From Spongospora subterranea f. sp. subterranea (taxonomy: Eukaryota): a stretch of 20,000 bases of DNA. Shown here piece after piece: positions 1-10,209 of the stretch. The notes under the pieces were generated by a model. The model was not told where the DNA came from, did not search any database, and saw only the letters and a program-made list of their open reading frames with translations. Position numbers and translations under genes: made by a program. The first letter of the stretch is position 1. Each line of letters begins with the position of its first letter. The stretch covers positions 120,870 through 140,869 of the forward strand of contig JAUGWO010000008.1 in assembly GCA_049724395.1 (NCBI GenBank). Direction: 5' to 3'.

Positions 1-2
1 CA

Positions 3-240
3 ATTGAATATCCGTCATCAGAACAGGATCATCTGCTGAACCGTCAACTCACATTATTACACGCACTACACGAAATGGTCAACAAACGATTCAAACACTT
101 TCGGTGATAAAGAACAATTCAAACATTCCCGAAAGCAACATCAGGTAGTTGTTGCTGCCTGTGCGAATCTGGTGCAGTTGAAGCTGATCGGGCAGCCTTT
201 ACCTGAAGCACATAAAATGCTGTTCAAGGCGTTTCGTTAA
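3..240 (+). pseudogene. C-terminal fragment of a DDE_Tnp_4-like (PIF/Harbinger/ISL2EU-type) transposase, frameshifted; runs off the window start
   Basis: Frame 3 reads ...LNRQLTLLHALHEMVNKRFKHF, then a +1 shift near 100 gives KEQFKHSRKQHQVVVAACANLVQLKLIGQPLPE...*. This matches the 'RARHETVNxRFKxFxxLxxxFRHxxxxHxxVxxAxAxLxQL' end of this transposase family. Confidence 0.6.
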
Positions 241-635
241 CCTATAGAATTCCCCAGTGTACAACCGTCAGTAATCAATACGCTTTTGATGATTTCCAAC
301 AAAGACCGCATCTTCCTGTAGAGGTCCTTGGTATCACGGAATCCGAACTGATTGGAAAGTGTCAAATGGGTTTATTAATTTCATTGTATTGTCCATGTTA
401 ACGCACTTTCGCTCACAATCCCCAATTTTCAAGAATCAGGGCACCGGCGATGGTCTGTTTCGAAACAGTTTCCTCAGGTGTGTGGAAATATCGACAACCA
501 ACCCATGCCCTAATGCTGATGTGCGAAACGGGGCATCTGGACAACAGCGCCTAACTCAACCTGTTTGTTGACCAGCGAGAGATGTACCGCTTCATCGGGA
601 TTGTTTTCATGCCTCCGACTATATCGACGTTAGAA

Positions 636-794
636 ATGTTTCCACAACAGCAGCAGTTTCGTTGGCCAACCAACAGCCAGGTCTCGTTCAACGCCTTTAA
701 CAAGCCGAACAATACTCGCGATCAGTACCCACAGGACGCCCCAGAACCGCGAGTCGCCTCATTCCAACCGCTGACGACCGGGTTCATCGACTAA
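636..794 (+). CDS. Possible small hypothetical protein (MFPQQQQFRWPTNSQ...FQPLTTGFID, 52 aa)
   Basis: The ATG at 636 sits just after a candidate intron (GT at 584 to TTAG at 633). The composition is Q/P/N-rich and coding-like. No recognisable domain. Confidence 0.25.
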   Translation: MFPQQQQFRWPTNSQVSFNAFNKPNNTRDQYPQDAPEPRVASFQPLTTGFID

Positions 795-951
795 ATCCGC
801 TGTGTTGGCCCATCGTAGACCTGCCATTAACGATTGTAATCTGCCCCCAACCGACACATAGTAAACGGCGCCCACGACCGCTCTGATCGGCCATTCGGAG
901 GATGTGACCGATTCCGGTATTCCCTGATTTATCTGTCCCATTAGCGAAGAT

Positions 952-1348
952 ATGGCGATACTCGCCGACGATGAACCGTATAGGCCAAAGATCACCCGCA
1001 ATTGGATCCCTCGTCTTGGTCGAACCATTCGCGGTGCCCTGGCATCGCCGATGGTATTCACAGCGCGTTGTTGCAACATTTTCGCCGAATCTCATGGATG
1101 ATTCCCTATAGACGTTCCCCCTATTATACGTGGTGTCAGCTGGGGTTATGGGCGCCACCGCCTTCTCCATACAGAATATGTACCTGACGCCCGGGACGTT
1201 CTTCAGCAAAAAGCGCCGGCAGTATGGCTGGCCGATGCCCGATGACGAGGAGTTCGGCCGGTGGTACATCGAGAAACACTATCGCAGGTATTTCGTCAAT
1301 CGACAGAAGGCGCTGTGGGAAAAGGCGGGGATCCCACACCCCAAATAA
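952..1348 (+). CDS. B12D / NDUFA4 (COXFA4)-like small mitochondrial membrane protein, 112 aa, 2 exons (952-1053, 1112-1348)
   Basis: A 58-nt GT-AG intron (1054-1111) joins ...ALASPM|TFPLLYVVSAGVMGATAFSIQNMYLTPGTFFSKKRR...EEFGRWYIEKHYRRYFVNR. There is one TM helix after 'xPL', then 'N..P....K..R' and 'EG..Y.E...R.F', as in plant B12D proteins. Confidence 0.7.
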
Positions 1349-1702
1349 ACAGGCAGCCGTATTAGGGTTTCGTTATCTCCCGCCTTTGACAACCCTCGAA
1401 GGTAGTTTGATATCTGGTGAACGAGAACAGGTTCATATTTCCAACAGAGGTTTTCTCCAAATTCATGTACTTTCCCCGACGACGTTTACAAAATCGTCGT
1501 TGGTTTTACTAAATTGGGAAAACCATTCGATAACCGTTTTTTCAAACAGTCGGCGCCAATTGCTTATGCGGATTAGCAAAATGAAACAGCAAACGCAAGC
1601 GTTGACCATGGTGCCGAAGGACCGCGGGGGTCACGTTCCTGGCGATACACACACCATCAATTGCGTGACGGCGGTGGTTTGGGCCTTGGCGCCATCCGAA
1701 TC

Positions 1703-4451
1703 ATGGCGTTGGGGTCTGAGGACCTCCCGCTGGCGATATCGGTAGGGAGTCGGGTCCTGGTCCATCATTCACTGGGCCATGTCCGGTTCATTGGCCAAGT
1801 GGATTTCGCCGATGGCGAATGGATCGGTGTCGAACTTGATTATCCCGGTACAGTCAATCGCTGGTTGCCCAAAAACAACAACGCCATTTAACTGTGTTAT
1901 CAAGTTGGCAACAACGATGGCAAAGTTGAAGATACACGTTATTTTAGCTGTAGCTCTAGACACGGTGTGTTCATGCGCCGAAAACAGGTCTTTGCAAACT
2001 ATTTTTGTGTCAAGGACGTTTTCGTTTGAGTTTGGATCGAATATTCCATCATGTGTAAAATCACTAAGTGCTTCGTTTGAGAATACTGATGATGACGTGA
2101 AAACTGCTTCTTTTCAACGACCTATTGCCCGTGATTCAACCTGACGTGTTCACCAGGTTCGATCGGTTCTGGACGAAAGGCCCGATAGCGAGGATCAGCG
2201 TTGGGGGAATGACGCCAGTCCATCGGTACCCGATATCCAGCAGGATTGCAGTGGGGTCTATACCGAACAGGAGATCGATCGCATTGGAGGTATGTGCCTA
2301 TAATCCGTTGATCGTCATCGCCATGGAACGTAACTGGCGCCAACTCTATGCCAGGTGTTACACATAATGGCGATACACCCTATGAACGAATCTGGGTGTT
2401 CGGCGGAGAATCACCTGGGGCAACTGGGTCTGGGTCACCAGCGCAGCAATACGCTGGTGCCAGCGTTACTTGACCTTTTCCATCAGTACGATGATCGCCA
2501 GATCCTGCTGCAGGTGGTGTTCGGCGGCAGTCAAACTCTGGCGTTGACCGCCTATGAGCAACGGGCTCCTCGCGTGCTCACCAGTGGAAGCTGTTCGATT
2601 GGGGCCGGGATTCCCGGCGCCGAACGCGATTGTATTGTGTTCAAACCGCTGGCGTTAACGCCCCACGATTCCACGATCTCAGCGATCGGTGCCAGTGCAA
2701 CACTTTGCGCCATTGGCTATGTGGACGGTCTGGTAGTCGTCTGGGGCGCGTGGTCTACGGAAACCAAGCTAGCGACATCGGGGATTGTTGCACTGCAATG
2801 CGCCGGCGACCGTCTCGTGATCTTGGACGAGAATGGGCGTGTAACTTTGTTCGACAAGGACATTATATCGATTCATGTGCTGTTTGACGACGCCCATAGC
2901 ACACCTATCAAAACCATCGCCTGTAGCTTAACTACGTGTCTGGCGCTATCAGGTCCCAATATTCATTTACTGTTTCCTTGACTGAAACTATGTTGTGTTC
3001 GTCGGTTATCGTGTTAATCGATGCAATTGGGATTGTTTAGTCGTTTTTCAAGTGGTATTGAAAAAAAAAGGATTTATCATTTATTATCGGCATTTTTGCA
3101 ATGGCAAAACTCTGTTGTCTTATTTCTGATTTCCGGCTTCCTGTCTGCTGAGTAATTTGCACTATACGGCTGTAGAGACGGGTTGCGTATGGGCATGGCC
3201 TGCGGACGGTTTTCCCGGTTCAGATCGGGCGATAAGCGCTCAGAAAATCGATATCGGCGCCGTTATCGAACAGATCGACTGCGGAGATCGTCATTATCTC
3301 GCATTATCTGGTAATTCGACACAGACCCTATTTCACCTGCAATGTTCGACGCGCTCATTCATGGCCAGACGATGGCGATATATTTGTGTGGGGCTGTGGT
3401 GAATATGGCGCTCTTGGAACGGGGTCCTTACAAGATCAGGCAGAACCCATTATGCTGCCTTCCCTTTGCCGATCGGTGGTTCAGATCACCGCCGGGGCGC
3501 GCCACTCCATGTGTCTAACGGACCAAGGACGCGTCTGTTCTTGGGGCGACGGGTCCCAAGGGCAGCTGTACGAAAACCGATGTTTCGCTGACATGATTCG
3601 GTTCTCACGAATTTTAGTGGCCATGGCGACGTTTCCAGCTTCACCATCCCGCATCCGATCATCTCCCTAGACGGAAAAGGCGTCAAGCATATTCTTGCTG
3701 GTCCGGCACAATCTTTAGCATTTACACAACCGTTTATTGGTAATATTTCTGCAGAACTTTTCTGTCCACTCTAAAAAAGTCGTGCAGCTCCAACGCTGGT
3801 GCCCTCGTTAGTGACGTCGGAATTCAACGTCGATGCAGTTTCAGCACCGAGCATGTCTGAGCCGCCGTCATCGTTGAACGGGTTCAATGGCACTTTTGCC
3901 AGCGACTGCCTTGAGTTCGTTTCACAGTCTCCACGAAACAGCGCTACGCTGCTCTACGTTTGGAACGGGCGGCACTTAGGTCGGCATTTGTCAACATCGT
4001 CTTCCTGAGAGTAGGAATTTGTTGTTTCGTTCTTGAATTTCGTTTCTATTTCTGTCCTTGACATGAAGCTACTGTTTTGAGCTAACATGTGTTTTTATAA
4101 GAGGTGGACGCCATCGAATCGGATCGAGTTCAGCTTGTTCATCGATGCGTGCATTTCGAGGTCAGTGAGGAGATTCCATATCGTGGCGCATTAAACTTCT
4201 ACCTTCGTAAGTGCTACGACCGCGATGCGTACGTTTTCAAGCATCTAACGACGACGGCGGTGAAACACGAATGCCGAGATCATCGGTCAATCAAGGGCAC
4301 ATTGCTGCTCGTCTGTCAAGTTCGCGCGCTCTCAGCAGTAGCGGGAACAGATTCCATCCCCGACTGGATCAGCTGGTTTCTTGACGCATTTCACCCGCTG
4401 GATGTCGCTCCTCGTTTTGTGCAACTGGCACCCCCTCCTGCACCTTCATGA
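1703..4451 (+). CDS. CAP-Gly domain + RCC1-repeat (beta-propeller) protein with an unknown C-terminal region; 9 exons; apparent 1-nt frameshift near 2405
   Basis: Exons are 1703-1847, 1905-1987, 2157-2289, 2355-2952, 3176-3310, 3369-3567, 3618-3739, 3788-3979 and 4102-4451, all GT-AG and phase-compatible. CAP-Gly: VGSRVLV...GHVRFIGQVDFADGEWIGVELDYPVGNNDGKVEDTRYFSCSSRHGVFMRRKQV. RCC1 repeats: IWVFG/ENHLGQLGLG, CLALSETGCVWAW, CGDRHYLALSDDGDIFVWGCGEYGALG, AGARHSMCLTDQGRVCSWGDGSQGQLGHG. Confidence 0.8.
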
Positions 4452-4611
4452 TTCTCCATATTCCTACTCACATTTTCTAAATTTCGTGTAATATGTGCTG
4501 TTAACAGGGTCATAGTTTTCGCTATATTTTCGTTCAACTGCGCTGCCAACGATAGAAGCTATTTTCTAGCACAATTGAACTTTTAACAGTGAAATATAGC
4601 AGGATATTTGG

Positions 4612-5584
4612 TCAATCAGCCTTTTTGGACTTGAATGATGATTTTCTCTCCATCATTTTGCTGGATGGCAATGGCGTTCGTGTACGACCAGAAAGATACT
4701 TGACCCGTTGACGACACATGTGCAAAAACATGAACGGAGATCCCGGAACGTAGAGCGCAATGATGAGCTGTAACAACCGAGCCCAAGAAAACTCAAAGTT
4801 CCACACGTTCGGCATGGCGATCGACCACTGCTGAGTTTTGAAAAAAAATCCCAAACTGTTGTAAATGCATAGCGTTTCGGCAACGAACCCCATCGGATAT
4901 AAAATCTGTAATACATAAGAATGACAACGGCGTCAAGAAAATGTGCAAATTGATCGCATACCAAAAATCCAGAGTATCGAAGCCATAAGAGAGGGTAAGG
5001 AACCGAGCCGAAACTGTTGACGGCGTAATATAGATATCGGGGCACTTCAGCACAGGACCAGGCAACGCATAGCATGGCGACACACCAATTGGTTTGGACA
5101 GACTGGACCTATTGCCGAAAATCAACAATCATCTGGAACCGCATTGATCAAATCGAATCGAGGAGGGTGACAATTAATAAGTTCATTGGATGTACATGTG
5201 GCAGGAACGTACTTGCTCAACAACTCCATAAAGGACCAACCACCGCGACCCAACTTGGACGCAGACGGTCATGGCTGGGGAGGAAACTAGGCCGAATACT
5301 GACTGCAGAACTTCGAATATGGCAAGGAATTGAGCGAATACAACGGCGTATCGCACCCGAGCGTAGAACGATGACGGATCGGTGAGATTGGTGAACGTCA
5401 GAACTAGCACGTAGCTCCATGCGACAAACGAGATGAGATTGTGCAGGAACAGATACGTTTTCGTCAGCACCGATGATGACGCTGCTGCAGGTTTCGGCGA
5501 CATTGACCCGATCGAAGAGCCAACCGCCACCGACATGACGATGGCTGCAAGTCGTGACGCGACCTTTGGATCAACTGGCGCCAT
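4612..5584 (-). CDS. HACD: Very-long-chain 3-hydroxyacyl-CoA dehydratase (PTPLA family; HACD/PHS1/PASTICCINO2), 3 exons (5584-5213, 5108-4962, 4905-4612)
   Basis: Motifs YLFLHN, QFLAIFEV, QVGSR, AWSCAEVPRYLYY, WLRYSGFL|ILYPMGFVAE (catalytic Tyr and Glu) and LYVPGSPFMFLHMCRQR. It has several TM segments and a C-terminal KKAD (KKxx ER-retrieval signal). Introns are canonical. Confidence 0.95.
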
Positions 5585-6054
5585 CGTCGCGGCCTTCCTC
5601 CGGTGCCAACTTCACCGCAGCGCCACGCCGCACAGTCAGCCGGTTTAAGGGACGCGATGTCATCGTTGTCCAGCAGAAACAACCTCTTGACCCACAGCCG
5701 CCACGTGTTTTTGTATTTTTATTCAATCAACGATTGTCAATCGATCAATTCACGATCCTGATTCCTGGCGAATCGATTGCTGCTTGCGTCACGAAACCGT
5801 AATTATCAGGTCGAGAACCACAATGCAATGCTCGAACACCATCGTTGGAAACCGGTGTCGTTTTGAATCTGATATTCCATTCCACACGATAGGAATATTC
5901 ATCAACATTTCCACCATTGATCCAACCTTTCGCTAAATTTGCAATAAATTTTTAGCGCCAACTGATGGTACGAAAATAGCAAAAAAAAAAGTAAACAAAC
6001 CGTCAATACGTAATTTTAATAAATCTCCTGAACTTAAGAGCGAGCTGGTAGTTG

Positions 6055-6906
6055 TCAATGGGCTCGTTGCCAAAAGGCCGACAGATCGTCGGTATATGAG
6101 GTTATGGAGCATTGTAGATCATGATGACGAATCCTTGGCGAATATAGCTCCTGGATAAACACATCGACCACGCCAAGATAGCCTTTGGTGATGGCGGCCC
6201 GCAATGGCAGGTAGTTGTCGATGGCGATATTCACGCGATGATCGCGGAACAACAGTCGGACGACGTTGGGGTGATTGTGTTCGCAGGCGAAAACGATGGC
6301 GTCGTTGTCGTTATCGGATGGGTCGACCCGAGGATCGTTCATGAGCAGATCGACGACATCGGTGTGGCCATTGCGACAAGCCAAGATGATGGCGCTATTG
6401 GAGTTAGCTGCGGGATCCACACGCTCGCAACCGAGCAGGATTACAACAACGCTGGTTAAACCTAGTTCGGCGGCGCTTCGAATGGCCTCATTGTCGCAAG
6501 CGCCAGGATCGATTCGGTCGTCTTGTAATAACAGCTCGACGATAGCGGGCTGATTATTGACGGCGGCCCAACGTATCGCCAGATTAAAGTTGGCCGCTGG
6601 ATCCACTCGGGAATCGGCTAATAATGCTTGGACGATTAGTTTCCTGCCACAAAGACAGGCGTGGCGGAAGGCGACGTTATTACGGTCGGCGGGGTTCACC
6701 CTACCGCCTTTCAGCAGCGCGTTCAGGAGCTGAATATAGCCGCGTTCACATGACCAACGAATGGTGCAACTATTGGGGGAGTGCTTGTTCATAGAAAACG
6801 TGGCGTTTTGTAAGGACTTGCTCACACGCAAACAGACATCCTGATCGGCGCTGTCCAGGAACGATACGATCACCTCAACCAGTTCCACATTCAGTCCATC
6901 AAACAT
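6055..6906 (-). CDS. F-box-like + ankyrin-repeat protein, 283 aa, intronless
   Basis: The N-terminus FDGLNVELVEVIVSFLDSADQDVCLRVSKSLQ fits the F-box consensus (LPxELxxxIxxxL...L..VSK.W). It is followed by about 7 ankyrin repeats of about 34 aa of the 'RVDPxxxxNxAIxxAxxxG' type. Confidence 0.85.
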   Translation of the reverse strand: MFDGLNVELVEVIVSFLDSADQDVCLRVSKSLQNATFSMNKHSPNSCTIRWSCERGYIQLLNALLKGGRVNPADRNNVAFRHACLCGRKLIVQALLADSRVDPAANFNLAIRWAAVNNQPAIVELLLQDDRIDPGACDNEAIRSAAELGLTSVVVILLGCERVDPAANSNSAIILACRNGHTDVVDLLMNDPRVDPSDNDNDAIVFACEHNHPNVVRLLFRDHRVNIAIDNYLPLRAAITKGYLGVVDVFIQELYSPRIRHHDLQCSITSYTDDLSAFWQRAH

Positions 6907-7303
6907 TCCAGGAACGCCAGGGCCCTATGTTGAATATGGCGCTATTGTCGATGTCCCCGATGATTCACCTGCCAACCGCTACGGAGCGGAATAAATTCAG
7001 TGAAATATCAGGCGCAGGCCCCAATTGTGTGGTTGTGCAGAGTTTGGGGAGAACTGTGCACTTAACCGCGTATGAGTTGGAACAACGCGTCTCGTCATCG
7101 GCCAGTCGGTGGTATGGGTTTGGCACACTGGCACGCGGTGGTTACGCAACGCGTTCATTCAGTGTAGTGCCACAGGTGGCGTTTGTTGCGGGTGACGGTA
7201 GGGTACAGATTGATCGAAAATTGATCAAAACTGTGCGCAGCCCGTCTGTGGATACACTGGGTTTACAGTACCAACTGTTTTGGCGCCTTTTTTGTTTATA
7301 TCA

Positions 7304-8500
7304 ATGGATTCCTCTAATAATTCTGATTCCAACGGCATTCTTCCGGTGTTCATTGGCCTGTGTGGACGGGTGCAATACACGATTGCTAAGAAGCAACAAC
7401 TAATCACTGATGCTTATTCTATTACAAACAATATCGAAAACACAGCTCGACATTTGGCGAATAGAGACCTGTCGGACTCAGTATTGGAAGAAATCGTTCG
7501 GGTTTTCGAGAACCTGAAAATGAATGTCAAATCAAGACAAATCAGAGAGAAGTTTTGTTCGACCAGTTGGAGAATTGCAAAGGGAGCGTCTTTTGCCAGT
7601 CACAATCGCATCTCGTTTTCACGAGTTCATAAGGTACCAGTGTGTTTTATGCAATTTCAATTTTGAATTATTAGACTTGAGCCCACATTCATGCCTAATC
7701 AAAATTTAGCATTAAGAAAGCGTTTATGCCGTTTTGCTTGCAGATTGTTCATCGACGAACGGCTCATATTGCTCAAAACACCAGACACTCAGCAGAAACA
7801 ATGGTCGATTTTGTGCAAGTCATAAACAACCATATTCAAATGATGATGAAGGTTGATCCAAGATGTGTTGTCAATCTTGACGAAACAAATATTGATTTTG
7901 ATATGCCTGCAAAAACGACCCTGGAGCGTCGAGGGACAAGAACAATATCGGTGACCGGAAATGGAAGCAGTCAACGAGCGACTGTTCTGTCAGGGGTCAC
8001 TCTCGACGGCACAAAACTTCCTCCCTTCGTAATCTGGAAGGGAAAGCCAGGAGGAGCTATCTCTAGGGAGATAACAGGCAATTATGTCAGTCGAGGTTTC
8101 CCAGCAGCTGTAGTGATGAGCGTGCAAGATAAGGCGTGGTGTTGGATACCAATGGGTTTGTGAAATGGGTGGACAAACTGTGGAAGCCCAGAAAAAAGAA
8201 GAATACTCATATTTGTTATTGGACTCTTTCAAGGCCCATATGACATCGCGTGTCGTCGACAAACTGTCCAGCGTTGGAACTGAGGTTGAATTTGTTGTCG
8301 CAGGGTATACATCCAAACTTCAGGTGTCAATGTCGCGATCAACAGACCCTTCAAAGTTTATATTCAGGGGCAGTATGACGGCTTCATGAATACGCGCATC
8401 TACAGCGCCAAACCAAAACGCACCGACATTACGAATTGGATCGTTGCAGCATGGGATCAAATCACTGATCAAACGATCAGGAACACATCGGAATACGCAA
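7304..8500 (+). mobile_element. Decayed pogo-family (Tc1/mariner superfamily, DDE_1) transposase
   Basis: N-terminal HTH-like RVQYTIAKKQQLI...NIENTARH; a probable intron at ~7633-7743; then IVHRRTAHIAQ, VVNLDETNIDFDMP, RATVLSGVTLDGTKLPPFVIWKG, QDKAW, LLLDSFKAH, GYTSKLQV-(N)VAINRPFK and NWIVAAWDQIT. It has several frameshifts, and the third catalytic Asp appears mutated to Asn. No TIRs were identified. Confidence 0.9.
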
Positions 8501-9025
8501 GTGATAACAAAATTTTTTATTTTGATCAAACTCTGGGATCTGATCTTGCAATTTACAAGAAGCCATGCTTTATTTCTATGGCTGTTCAGTCGCTTCTGCA
8601 CGCTTGACGATTCAACATATAGCTCGCAAACTTGAGCATCGATTCATTGGAAAGTTCGCTCAGCTATATGATGAATCGTCAAGCGTGCAGAAGCGACTGA
8701 AAAGTCATAGAAATTGAGGCATGGCAAACTGGCGAATTCCGATGTATTCCATGTGTTCCTGATCGTTTGATCAGTGATTTGATCCCATGCTGCAACGATC
8801 CAATTCGCAATGTCTGTGCGTCTTGGTTTGGCGCTGTAGATGCGCGTGTTCATGAAGCCGTCATACTGCCCCTGAAATATAAACTTTGAAAGGTCTGTTG
8901 ATCGCGACATTGACACCTGAAGTTTGGATATATACCCTGCGACAACAAATTCAACCTCAGTTCCAACGCTGGACAGTTTATCGATGACACGCGATGTCAT
9001 TTGGGGCCTTGAAAGAGTCCAATAA
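8216..9025. repeat. Fold-back inverted duplication (~810 bp palindrome centred at ~8640) of the 3' end of the pogo element
   Basis: 8216-8490 is the reverse complement of ~8750-9025, and 8562-8633 of ~8652-8725, with scattered mismatches. The left arm has an extra ~60 nt. The centre contains ATCGAT (8638-8643). ORF 8644-9000(-) repeats the translation of 8240-8490(+). Confidence 0.95.
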
Positions 9026-9146
9026 AAAGTCCTCTTAAACTTAGAGAACCAATATTTATAGAGATGACTGTTAGCATCTCTTGCACATTACTGTCCTGTG
9101 TGACCCCTCGTCGCCGAAATCTTATTCCAAAGGGGCATGGCCACCG

Positions 9147-9500
9147 TCAACGAGTCATGTAACGGGAAAGGTGTCGTCCGAAACTTACGAACATTTTTGT
9201 TAGTTTTAATAACGGCGGCTTAAACTTCATGAAGGGCTGTCGGGACTTGCGTGACGACATCCCTCCCGAAACCTGAATTGTTTTCTTTTTCAATGTGAAA
9301 TCTTTGAAGTCTTTCTTCAACGCATCAAGACGGGAGTTGATCTTTCCCGGAAGTAGATTGCATTTGAATTGCATGTTGAATGCTACCGTGACCGCTGCCC
9401 AGGTATCGGCGCGCTTGTCCATATCAGCCTGCCACTGTGCGACCAGGAACTGGTCCTTAGTTGCATCCCATACGGCCCTGAGAGGCTGAGATGGTTCTCC
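9147..9500 (-). pseudogene. Myb/SANT-like (trihelix/MADF-type) DNA-binding protein remnant, similar to the PIF/Harbinger second ORF
   Basis: RAVWDATKDQFLVAQW...DTWAAVTVAFNMQFKCNLLPGKINSRLDALKKDFKDF...SGG shows the W..D..L..W / W..V...FN / I..R...LKK.F pattern. No clean in-frame ATG lies upstream. Confidence 0.6.
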
Positions 9501-9628
9501 GATGGCGTCATTGTTTGTGTGGGGGAACCGTCTGGGGAACGGCACAACTTTCTGAAAACCGCGCAAAGTGACTTATGCAAATGTTAAGCCAGGCTATGCT
9601 GGCAGACACCAACTTTGAAATCTCCAAA

Positions 9629-10086
9629 TCGTTCATTGGCGACGCCGATGCCGAAATGGAAGCGCTGAACGAAGTGATGCTTTCCCTCGTGGGATAATGT
9701 GATAACGTGCATTCACCAGATAAAATATATATATCGGAAAATGAATTCTCCGAACATATGCCCGTTGTACGAGCGATTTCATTTGCTGGAGCTGGATGTC
9801 CTGTAGGTTGATCAACGCAATTCACGAAAAGAATGATCACAGAAAACCCAGATATAGTGCCCGAACCGACAAATCATATTTAACTTAGGCAATTATTAAA
9901 AATTGTTGACCAATTTCGTCATCCCCCGGTTTGTATGTGAAATTGCCTGTGCAACGGGCATATTTCCAAAGTATTTTCTTTCCAAGGAAAACTTCTTTTG
10001 GTGAATACGAATTTTCACCATACCCCAATTGGGTATGCATCTCGGTATTCAGTGCTTCCATTTCAGCGTCCTCGTCGTTGGGCGAC
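9629..10086. repeat. Old, diverged inverted duplication (arms ~9629-9780 and ~9939-10086) of a decayed coding segment
   Basis: The + arm encodes DADAEMEALNEVMLSLVG*CDNVHSP...ILRTYARCT and the - arm encodes DEDAEMEALNTEMHTQLGYGENSYSP...ILWKYARCT. Nucleotide blocks such as atatgcccgttgtac and gtgcaacgggcatat are near reverse complements. Confidence 0.8.
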
Positions 10087-10209
10087 GAGGACGCTTCAGA
10101 TTCGTCGTTTTCTGGAAAACACTGTTTCGTTCAGGAGCAATGAATATAGGAATCCTGTAGATTCGATCAAAATATACAGCAGTCAAGCATGCTGTCAATA
10201 AATTACCGG

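Noticed and set aside
759..1269. Minus-strand ORFs of 106 and 161 aa
   Set aside because: They are antisense shadows of the spliced B12D-like gene and have no recognisable motifs.
2125..2400. Alternative frame (…RRSIALE|VLHIMAIHPMNESGCSAENHLGQ) that avoids the frameshift
   Set aside because: It is not in phase with the CAP-Gly exon and loses the conserved WVFG of the RCC1 repeat.
6927..7403. 158-aa + strand ORF between the ankyrin gene and pogo
   Set aside because: No domain signal; it overlaps the probable promoter region and the transposon 5' end in a different frame.
1..9500. Pairing the Harbinger-like transposase fragment (1-240) with the Myb/SANT remnant (9147-9500) as one element
   Set aside because: They are 9 kb apart with conserved host genes between them, and no TIRs link them.
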